From positions 727,483-791,482 of the forward strand of contig JAAOMT010000586.1 in assembly GCA_016748015.1 (NCBI GenBank): DNA of 64,000 nucleotides, given 5' to 3'. Of this stretch, positions 1 through 10,278 are shown in pieces (within the stretch, counting starts at the first letter, position 1; the number at the start of each line of letters is the position of its first letter). Under the pieces are notes generated by a model. The model saw only the letters and a list, made by a program, of their open reading frames with translations, did no database searches and was not told the DNA's origin. The translations under genes and the position numbers were made by a program. The DNA comes from Geosiphon pyriformis uo1. Its lineage: Eukaryota > Fungi > Glomeromycota.

Positions 1-3000
1 TAGAGAAGATATTGAGACCAGTCCCCAAGAATGGCTTAACCAAGTTACTAAAGCTGAAGATGCAAATGGATGGAATGCTGCCAGAATGTTAAGAACAATT
101 CCCTACTTTCTCAAAGGAACAGCAGGAGAATGGTTTGAAAACTTTGCCACCCCATTCAATGATTGGAATGCTTTCAAAGCAGCCTTTCTTGAACAGTTCA
201 CTGACAATAATACCTTCATCACTCTTCGCAATTGTTTTTGAAATATTAAACAAGAACCCTCTGAATCCCTTATGACTTATATTGGAAAATTCAACAAACT
301 TCTCAGACGGATTCGCCAACTCGAGACAAACGATTATTATTCTGATGCTCAAATCTTGGATCAATTTATTGCTGGTCTAAAAGATAAACTAATTAAAAAG
401 GTTCGCCCACACACACCAGAAGATTTAAACTCTGCCATACAGCATGTGAAAAGATACGAAATGGCCATGGAAGAAGCCAATCGTACAAAACTTGTAAATT
501 TGGCAATTGGAGAAACCAGCTCAGCAGCTGAGAAAAAAATTGACCAACTTACAAAGAAGGTTGAAAACTATTTTACCAACCAACAACAACAACAACTCTA
601 AAGATATTAACCACCTCAAAGATGAAATCAAAATAACTTTGCACCACTTTCCAATAACCAGCCCCAGAATTGCCATTACTATGGAATCTCTGGCCACTGG
701 AAAAGAGATTGCAAAAAGCTACAGCAAGACCAACAAAACAGGGGTAATCAACATTACTCTCTACCACAGCAATTTTATTATAACCTATTATCACTAGTTT
801 ACTATCCACCAAGACCCCAATACCAAAATAACTATTATCAGTCTGCCCCACAACCAATCCAACAGCAATACCAACAACCACCCACACCACATTATCAAGT
901 ACCTACTCGAAAACTGATTACACAAAATCAATTTACACCACAAAACTGATACCAAGTAAACAATAATAGAATCAGTTCGAACAACCAATTGGTTCCCCAA
1001 AATCCCACTCAACCAAGACCCAACCACTACCACACTCAACCCAGTTATTTAACAATGCCAGAAGAACAAGATTTTTACCATACTGCACTCTCGGAAGATA
1101 GAGCTGCGGCACAACAACAATAAAACCCTTCTCATAATCACACCACTATTCCACCAGCCCAAATTGCTGAAAATGCCAATCTCTCTAATATCTTTTCTTT
1201 TGAATTTGAAGCAAATGAATCACCATTCTTGCTTAGCAATGCAGCGGCTAATGAGCAAAAAGCTATCACTACAATGTACACAGAAGCTGAAGTAGAAGGA
1301 AAGCCAATTCGCTTGATCCTAAACAGTAGATCCGCCGGAAGCATTATCACCTACCAGTTAATGCAACAGTTGAAAAGAAATGTTGACCAACCAGCTCAAA
1401 CAGTAATCGTCACTGCCAATGGCATGAAAAAGACACCAGTAGGAGAAATTGACAATTTTCCATTCACTCTTGATGGAATCACCATTCCAGTCAAAGTTCT
1501 TGTAATGGATGCACCCCAGTATCAAGCTCTCGTCAGAAATAATTGGCTTCAAAAAGCCAATGCTAATTTGAATTGGGAAACACAAGAGTTAACAATCTTT
1601 TACCAAGGACAACACGTCTGGGTACCTGCTATTTGTGGTACATTCAACAAACGATCTGAAAAAGCCCTGGCTTTTGAATTTAAACCAGAAGAAAAAAAAC
1701 CAATAATCGAAACATTCATGGCTCTTGGATCAATGTCCAACTGGGCTGATGAAACAGAACAAGAACATTTTACTCCACATACTAAACCCGAAACCTCTGG
1801 ATGGAATATACCTTACTCAAAACTCGAACCAAAGAAACGATGCCCCTATATTCCCCTTAAATGTAAGGACTGTCACAAAAAACTATCATCAATGGGAGCC
1901 TGCATTTCACCTGAAGAAAAATATGAGAATTATACTTGTTATTACTGCAAGGCTTACCACAGAGAGCGATGGGGCCATCTAATAAAAAGGAGTGGAAAAT
2001 GGGACAACACCCCTTGTTTGACTTGTGGAGATATGCTACCAGAAGAATGCAATTAGATTGATGTAGCAATGAGAGAAGACGTCTGTGATCAGACCTGCCA
2101 ATATGCTTTATCAATTTCAGAAAAAGTAAAAAGAGGAACACCCTTTAATGCAGCATACAACAGTGCTCTCAACAAACTCTATCACTACCCTCATGATGCT
2201 GAGATAATTTTTGACCTAGCAATGGTATTAATTAATAGAGCTACCAAAAAAGATGTTCGTCAAATGAAGGAAGCAGAATACATTGAATACACTATGGAAT
2301 TAGCTGGATTCGATTACGAAGATGAAGTAGAAGTCTACCACCAAATTGCAAGTCACACCTATCCAATCCAAGAAGCTCAAATTCAACAATTAGAGCAAAT
2401 GAACATCAGGCTATGTGAAGAATGCATTATGCCTTGTGATAAACAATGGTGTCCTGAATGCTATGCTTTTAGTATCCCCTTGCCCAGTGAAAATGATGAA
2501 AATGAAATTGAATTTGGAGAACCTGAAGAAATGAAAGAAATTGAAACAACACCCATCTACCTTATCAAAAATCAGTCTGCCTTACAACTTAAATACTTCA
2601 ACAACAACAGACAAGGAATAAAACCCAAAAAAGCACACGAAATTGATGCTGGATATGATCTAAAATATCCAGGCAAGGATACTCTTGTTCTCAAACCCAA
2701 ATCTCTCACAAAAATCAACCTCAAAATTGCACTCAAAATCCCACCAGGAGCAATGGTTCAAATTGCCTCCCAGTCCTCTCTGGCAAGCAAAGGAATCAAT
2801 GTCAGAGGAGGAATAATCGATGCTGGATATACTGGAGACATAACAGTGATGCTTCAAAATGAAACTGACAAACCATTCAAGATTGAACATGCTGAAAAAA
2901 TTGCCCAAGCTATTTATCTACCCCTAATCAACATTGTGAGTTTGCAACTAGTCAATTAAAAAGAGCAATTAGGAAAGAACAATAGAGAAACCCAAAGTTT

Positions 3001-4855
3001 TGGTTCAACTGGACAATTCACAGTTCCAGTTAATATAGCTCTTAACACACAAAACAAATCCCACCAGATTCTCAGACTTCCACAACCGATTACCATCTCA
3101 CCCTTTGGAGAACATCTGGAAATCTACACCTGCCCAAAGCCAACAACCACACAACAAATTTTTGAGTCCAATGAGCAAGTCTGCTTGGAACATAATATTT
3201 CGATCCCAAACATTTATATTCCAGAAGGAACAAAGAAAGTCTGAGTTATTTTTTACAACCCCAATAATTACCCCATAATTTTATTAAATAATTTAGAAAT
3301 TGGAGTTATTCACAGTAATATATTTCAACAAAAATTACCCCAAACAGTCCCCAATTTCTCTAAAATTATTGAACATTCAATACCAAAAATCAACCCAAAC
3401 CCCAGCTCTGAAAACTACCATGTTGTCATGGAAAAACTATCTCGAATTAACATGGGACAACTTGAACCACAACAACAAACCCAGCTCAAAGAACTAATTA
3501 CAGAATTTGCTGATATCTTTGCCGAAAACAACAATGACTTAGGAAGAACTGATTTGGTTTAACACCAAATCTATACAGGAAATGCCAAACCCAGGCGACA
3601 ACAAGCCTACTGAGTTGCTCCAGAAAGTCACCAATTTATCCGAGAAGAAGTACAATGAATGCTTAACAATGGGCTTATTCAACCATCAATAAGCCCATGG
3701 GCCTCACCCATGGTCTTAGTTAAAAAGAAAAATGGAAAGATATGATTTTGTGTTGATTACCGACAACTCAACAGTGTCACCATTGGGGATGCCTACCCTC
3801 TTCCCCGAATTGATGACATGTTGGATGCTCTTGGAAAGTCCAAATACTTTTCGACATTAGATTTAAAGAGTGAATACTGGCAAGTTTCTATGGACCCCAA
3901 AGACCGCCCCAAAACAGCATTCACCACTCAAGGAGGAAATTACGAATTCAATGTAATGCCTTTCGGATTATGCAATGCATCAGCAACATTCCAAAGACTC
4001 ATGGATATTGTTTACAAAGGCCTCCTTTGGAAATCAATAGTAGTTTATCTTGATGACACTGATGTTTATTCACCATCTTTCGAGCTACATTTAATTTACC
4101 TATGAGAAGTTTTTCAATGATTATGGAAAGCAGGATTGAAACTGAACATTGAAAAATGCTACTTTGGAAAAACAAGTTTAGCTTTTCTTGGTCACATTGT
4201 TAGCAAAGATGGAATTAAACCGGACCCCGGAAAAATCAGTACTGTCAAGAACTTCAAGACTTCACAAAATACCACAGAATTAAGAGGATTTATTGGATTA
4301 GCATCCTATTACCGAAAATTCATCAAAGGATTCTCAGAAATTGCAAAACCCCTCAACCAGCTCACTACTAAAAATGTCAAATACAAATGGACAGAAGAAC
4401 ACCAAAATGCCTTCGAGATACTTAAGGAAAAACTCACAACAGCTCCAATCCTCACCTATCCAGATTTCAGCAACCAATTCTGGTTAGCAACTGACGCCTC
4501 TTATACTGCCTTTGGTGCCATCTTATCACAGTTAGATGACAATGGAAATGAGTGAGTAATTGCTTATGCTAGTAGAACATTAAAGCCAGCTAAAAAGAAT
4601 TACCCCACAACAGAATTAGAAACTGCAGTAGTAATCTGGGCTCTACATCACTTCAACCTTTATCTCAGACCCAAAGAATTTGATATTATCACTGATAATA
4701 TTGGACTTAAATGGCTTCAGAACAAAAACACCCAGCTGAACGCAAAACAAACCCAATAGACAGGATTTTTAGCTAATTACCAATACATTGTACACCACAA
4801 ACCAGGAAAACTCCATACCAATGTTGATTGTCTCTCAAGAATAAGGCAAGATTAA
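1..4855 (+). pseudogene. gag-PR-Cys-rich-dUTPase-RT-RNaseH polyprotein in one frame with scattered nonsense codons
   Basis: ORF fragments starting at 272, 1229, 2069, 3818 and 4136 share one frame. Internal stops are CGA>TGA, TGG>TAG or CAA>TAA type. Ends DCLSRIRQD* (TAA 4853-4855). Confidence 0.9.
2590..3015 (+). pseudogene. trimeric dUTPase domain inside the Gypsy polyprotein
   Basis: All five dUTPase motifs in order: DAGYDL, AS(Q)SSLASKG, GIIDAGYTG, IAQAI, RETQSFGSTG. Confidence 0.92.
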
Positions 4856-4904
4856 AAAATGAAACCAACACCCATTTGAATTAACAGCATCAAAACAACA
4901 AACA

Positions 4905-6290
4905 ATGAACCCCAAAAACTACAACAATCTCAAACAATATTTGGAGACATTAACAATTCCAACAGATTGGTTCTCAGACAAAAAACATTGGTTACAACAA
5001 CAAGCCAAACAATATTTTCTACACAACAACATTATCTATCATCGAAATTTCAAAAACCCAACCAAACCACTCAGATTAATACAAGAACCAGAAAAAGAGA
5101 CCATTTTATACAACATGCACTCGGATCCTTCATCAGCACACTTCAGAAAAGATAGCACCACCCAAAGAACACTAGAATACTACTTTTGGCCTCGAATAAA
5201 AAAAGACATTCACGAATATGTCGAATCTTGTGATAGTTGTCAAAAAAGAGAAGGAACTCACCCTACAGAATCTTTAAATCCAATCAAAGTTGAACAGTCT
5301 TTTGACAGAGTTGGTATCGATTTAGTTGGACCACTATCTATCACCACTCAAGGAAACCGTTATATTGCAGTAGCTGTAGACTATCTTACTAAATGGCCTG
5401 AAGCCAGAGCCATTCAATGAGCAGATACGAAATCAATAGCAAATTTTATCTACGAAGACATCATTTGTAGACATGGATGTCCAATTGAACTTTTATCCGA
5501 TCAGGGAACACACTTTGTGAACAACCTGATACAAGAAATTTGTGAATGATTCAATGTCAAAAGACCTCTGTCTTCACCCTACTATCCACAAACAAATGGA
5601 CTTGTGGAACGTTTTAACAGAACATTGTGTGAGTCATTAGCCAAAGTCTCAACTGATTTTAAGCAAGAATGGGATCTCTTTATTTCATCAGTGTTACTAG
5701 CATATAGAACATTAAAACAAAATACCACAAAACACACACTATTCGATTTAACTTATGGAAGGACAGCAACATTACCAATTAGTTTTATAGTGGAAACATA
5801 CTCAGCACAACCAATTGATGAAAACAATTTCCAAGAAATGCTTCAGTGAAGAGCCTACACTCTGTTTAGCACATTAGAAGGAAAACGACAAATAGCAGCC
5901 ACCCATATTGAACACTCCCAAGCTCAACAAAAAGAACGACATGATAACAAATTGCCTTCAGTCACCAATGAATTTAAAATTGGAAACAAAGTTCTCTTAC
6001 ACAGAACTAAAGCTGAAAAACAATGGAGTGGAAAATTTGAAAATAAATGGAATGGACCATTTTTTATCCATAAAGTCCTAGACAACAGATTATACAAGCT
6101 AAGACTTGATGACAAAATCCTAGCAAAAGTTGCACATGGAGATCATTTGAAACACTATCATTCCAGAAACAATCCTGAACCATTAATTCCACAAATTGGT
6201 ACACATTCCCCTTTGGTCAGTCCCGAAGATATTCCCCAAAACTTAGAACCAATAGTTGTCATTGAACAACCTTCCAACCTGAACACTTAA
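4905..6290 (+). pseudogene. integrase encoded as a separate ORF (HHCC, DDE core, GPF/SH3-like tail, no chromodomain)
   Basis: ATG at 4905; H-x6-H...CDSC; VGIDLVGPL; LLSDQGTHF; YYPQTNGLVERFNRTL; KWNGPF. Frame is +1 relative to RT-RNaseH. Confidence 0.9.
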
Positions 6291-6407
6291 TTTAATTTTA
6301 CTAGTTATTTTCTTATAATTTAGAAACAATCTCACAAAAACAAAACAAAAATAACATAAAAACTCATACACCAAAAATAATTTTCTTTTATTTCAAATTG
6401 CTTATAA

Positions 6408-6646
6408 TGACTATTCCTCAAAACATTCAACAATTATCCCAAAAACTAATGTTAGCTTTAAAAACAATACCCGAATTATCCATTACTGTTATTGGAAACC
6501 ACATTAATTATACCCAAACAGAAGTAGTTACAAATTAGCCCCAAACTCACGAAAATATCACCCATATAAGAAGAACACAAGAAGTTATACTGGAATTCAC
6601 CTGCCAGAACTTTTAAAGCTTGCTTTAAGAGAAAACCTAATGCTCA
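6408..6646 (+). pseudogene. 5' part of extra ORF3 downstream of integrase, cut by the gap
   Basis: MTIPQNIQQLSQKL... matches the complete copy at 55139-55792. Confidence 0.75.
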
Positions 6647-7595
6647 NNNNNNNNNNNNNNNNNNNNNNNNNNNNNNNNNNNNNNNNNNNNNNNNNNNNNN
6701 NNNNNNNNNNNNNNNNNNNNNNNNNNNNNNNNNNNNNNNNNNNNNNNNNNNNNNNNNNNNNNNNNNNNNNNNNNNNNNNNNNNNNNNNNNNNNNNNNNNN
6801 NNNNNNNNNNNNNNNNNNNNNNNNNNNNNNNNNNNNNNNNNNNNNNNNNNNNNNNNNNNNNNNNNNNNNNNNNNNNNNNNNNNNNNNNNNNNNNNNNNNN
6901 NNNNNNNNNNNNNNNNNNNNNNNNNNNNNNNNNNNNNNNNNNNNNNNNNNNNNNNNNNNNNNNNNNNNNNNNNNNNNNNNNNNNNNNNNNNNNNNNNNNN
7001 NNNNNNNNNNNNNNNNNNNNNNNNNNNNNNNNNNNNNNNNNNNNNNNNNNNNNNNNNNNNNNNNNNNNNNNNNNNNNNNNNNNNNNNNNNNNNNNNNNNN
7101 NNNNNNNNNNNNNNNNNNNNNNNNNNNNNNNNNNNNNNNNNNNNNNNNNNNNNNNNNNNNNNNNNNNNNNNNNNNNNNNNNNNNNNNNNNNNNNNNNNNN
7201 NNNNNNNNNNNNNNNNNNNNNNNNNNNNNNNNNNNNNNNNNNNNNNNNNNNNNNNNNNNNNNNNNNNNNNNNNNNNNNNNNNNNNNNNNNNNNNNNNNNN
7301 NNNNNNNNNNNNNNNNNNNNNNNNNNNNNNNNNNNNNNNNNNNNNNNNNNNNNNNNNNNNNNNNNNNNNNNNNNNNNNNNNNNNNNNNNNNNNNNNNNNN
7401 NNNNNNNNNNNNNNNNNNNNNNNNNNNNNNNNNNNNNNNNNNNNNNNNNNNNNNNNNNNNNNNNNNNNNNNNNNNNNNNNNNNNNNNNNNNNNNNNNNNN
7501 NNNNNNNNNNNNNNNNNNNNNNNNNNNNNNNNNNNNNNNNNNNNNNNNNNNNNNNNNNNNNNNNNNNNNNNNNNNNNNNNNNNNNNNNNNNNNNN
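6647..7595. other. assembly gap (N run)
   Basis: 949 N. The homologous segment in copy 2 (~54461-55551) is about 1.09 kb and holds the ORF3 3' part, PPT and LTR start. Confidence 0.99.
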
Positions 7596-7935
7596 TTATT
7601 TTCTTTTATTTTCTTATTACAATCATTAGGGTAGCCTACAGACAAAATTCCTGTAGAAGAGTTGACTTTCACAGCAAAGTAACTACACATTTTTAGTGAG
7701 CTTCTAGACAAGCAATTCCTGAAAAAGAGTTGACATTTACTACAACGTAACTACATAAAGCAACTGGCACGGAATTGGCCATTCCACTCATAAGCCCAGC
7801 AAGTTCAAATTATAGGAGATAATTTGAAGTTAAAAATTCAGTTACTGGAGGTTCAACCACATCCAGAAAACATGAATTCACAGCAAATAAGTATCAACAA
7901 CATTTAAGAAAAGAGACCAAAAACCTTTGGTAACA
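7596..7935 (+). repeat. 3' part of family A 3' LTR
   Basis: Reverse complement of 54122-54460 and 63023-63360; ends TAACA. Confidence 0.93.
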
Positions 7936-9160
7936 GTGCCATGGTGTAGTAGTCCCTTTTGATAGCTAATATTTGATGCAGGATTTGATTAAATCGTCCG
8001 AGATAAGTAGTTATTGCTTCGTGATCTTTTTGTTTAATTATGCTGAATTGATTCTGCAATTGGATTAACGTATTGGGGTCACAGAAGTATTGCAGAAATG
8101 TGAGTTTAAACTCGGTAAAAGAGGTAGGCTTCTCTGCCAGGCTCTGGTACCACAAATTAGTGGTTCTGGTCAGAAAAAACGGCAGTGCCTGAACTGTGCG
8201 GTCATCATTCCAACTGTTAGCAGTAATTGCTTTTTCAGCGTCCATGATCCAAGAATATACATTATCTTCTTCACCAGAGAATTTTTCCAATTTAGCAATA
8301 TCCTGGTAAGCCATGATCTGGTTAATGGGTGGGGTGTTACTGGTTATGTTTAAAGGGATTGGTGTTCGCATATTCAAGTGTTCTCTAGGTGCTAATGTTA
8401 GTTGCTTTCCTTTGTTGCTTGAACCAATAGGTTGTAAGATAGCTGTTTTTTCTGTCAGGAGAGATGCTGATTCTACTAGGTTTTGTGCTGATGGCTGTTC
8501 CTAAGTTGACAGGTTTCCTTCTGTTTGACTGGCTGCTGGAGTAAGATTTCCAAACAGCAATCCATATTCTTCTAATGATTTGGTCCAACTGTATTGATTC
8601 CAAGAGTGTGGATTTCCAGGAGTTTGTGGTGTTTCCAACTGGGTTTCCGGGGGTGAGTTGAATACAATTCTACTTTGGGGTGTCTAATGGTATAATGGAG
8701 TTGTTGAGAAGAGGACCCTTGGTTTTTTGTTGACCATGGACTTGGCTTGAGCAGTTATGGGGTTGTTGGATTTGTTTTCGTATTTCTCAGAGTCGGATTC
8801 CACTGGTTGTTGTACTTGAGGGAATTGTTGTGCCACGTAATATTTAATGTCTGTATTGATTATGCGCAGAGTTTTAGCGATTGCTCAGGTAGTTGTGGCT
8901 GTTGAGTATCTTAGTAAGCTTTGATGAATTTGTTCTCCAAGTTTTCCTGTATCAGTTGTGCAGCCTAACAAGCAGTCGATTTTTGTGTTGATATAGTTAC
9001 AAAAATCACTTTCTGCATAAGCGATTTCTGCTGGTATTCCTAGATCTTTTTGAAAGTATTGAAATAGTGCTTTTCCATACGAGGAGTGGTCCTTTCCTAT
9101 TGTTTCAATAGTCGCCACTTTTATGTATTTTTGGGGGTGCTCTGTCTCTGTGGATTTATA

Positions 9161-9177
9161 ACCTCACAGGGAGCACC
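9161..9177 (-). promoter_or_regulatory. primer binding site TGGTGCTCCCTGTGAGGT, elongator tRNA-Met-like
   Basis: Lies 2-3 nt inside the LTR end. Complementary to a tRNA 3' end CCUCACAGGGAGCACCA, which resembles eukaryotic elongator tRNA-Met (from recall). Confidence 0.7.
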
Positions 9178-9563
9178 AAATATTATGGGTAAACTTGGTG
9201 GGTATGGGAAATGGTAATGTTTGGTGCTCTCAATTATTGATGATGCGTCTTCCATGTAATTCTGTTGGCTTAATCTTGATTATCAGTCTCTAAAGATCTA
9301 TTTCTGGATGTGAATTTTACCCATTAAGTTCTTTGGTTATAAGACACAGAGTTTGTTTTTCATCGATTGCAATGTTTTTTATAAATGTGAGCTTTCTTCT
9401 CCGAACTAACGAGTGCAGTCGTTAGGGTCTGGTATTGTCTTTTTGCCTTTCCGGTAAGCTAACAAGATAATGTTAATATCCAAAATTTAGGGAGAGCTTC
9501 CCTCTTTTACCAGGCTATTACAAAGTCTATTCCCAGACAGTCGATTTTACTATGTTGCCGCTC

Positions 9564-9609
<46 letters not shown>

Positions 9610-10020
9610 AAAGAGAGAAAAAATAAATTAGTATCATCAATCACTGTGATCAAGAGCGATTGGTCCAAATTGTTAATAGGTTTGAGGTGGTTATGCTAAA
9701 AACATCTGTTCTAGAATGGAGGTACGAAACAAGGGTTAATTCACATAAAGTTCATGAAGTTTGAGAACATGAATTCGTGATTCTGATTTCTTTTAATAAT
9801 TGGTTTATTTCAGGAGATGAAATAGGGAAGATAATAAAAGATGAAGGGGTATGGATATTTTAATTTCTGATCTAGAGGTTTGTATCTATTTTTTCTTCTC
9901 TGTTTTTTCTCACTTCTACAACTACTTGCTTTTATATATTCTTTTGGTTTTACAGGATTGCTTTCAATTGTCTCGCTATCACTAGCTATTGCTTTGTTGT
10001 TTCTGTTATTGCTTCATTTT

Positions 10021-10210
10021 TCTATGTTATCGTTAGTTATCCTATATTATAACACGTTATCTGACGTTATTACATGTTATTCTGTGTTATCCTGCGTTAT
10101 AATACATTATCCTACGTTATTGCATGCTATTCTGTGTTATCCTGCATTATAACACATTATCCAACATTATAACATGTTATCCAATATTATTACGCGTTAT
10201 TCTGTGTTAT
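10021..10210. repeat. 10-bp degenerate tandem array (xxxxxGTTAT) in the family B LTR
   Basis: Units such as tctgtgttat, cctgcgttat, aacacgttat, about 19 copies. An AT-decayed equivalent lies at ~14210-14350. Confidence 0.85.
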
Positions 10211-10278
10211 GTCATGTTTTGGTCACATTTCTTTATAACTTTGGATCAGTTTTTCTACTCGGGTAATATTGTGTATTG

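Larger units (their letters stand above)
1..7935 (+). mobile_element. Ty3/Gypsy LTR retrotransposon, family A copy 1 (5' end outside window, spans assembly gap), decayed
   Basis: Gag with decayed CCHC knuckle (~670-712), protease LI(L)NSRSAGS, Cys-rich domain, dUTPase, RT (YLDD), RNase H, integrase, ORF3 start, then a 3' LTR ending GGTAACA at 7935. Colinear with the copy at 54122-64000. Confidence 0.95.
7936..10278 (-). mobile_element. Gypsy family B: 5' LTR, PBS and partial gag, interrupted by family A copy 1
   Basis: Gag IAKLEKFSGEED...WNDDRTVQALPFFL is cut at 7936. PBS at 9161-9177. LTR runs 9181 to ~10227-10278 (outer edge uncertain). Confidence 0.85.

Noticed and set aside
3500-3760. 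Frequent in-frame TGA/TAA as an alternative genetic code or readthrough
   Set aside because: The stops fall at Arg, Trp and Gln positions, differ between copies, and host genes use the standard code. They are mutational decay.
6640-7711. Two long ORFs of 329 and 355 aa in the ORF track
   Set aside because: Artefacts of translating the N gap.
1-7935. Large inverted repeat with 54122-62200 as the ends of one giant element bracketing the genes
   Set aside because: These are two independent insertions of one Gypsy family, each nested in a different host element and diverged in linker regions.
10021-10210. Regular short repeats as a possible CRISPR-like array
   Set aside because: Contiguous 10-bp units with no unique spacers, inside a eukaryotic LTR.
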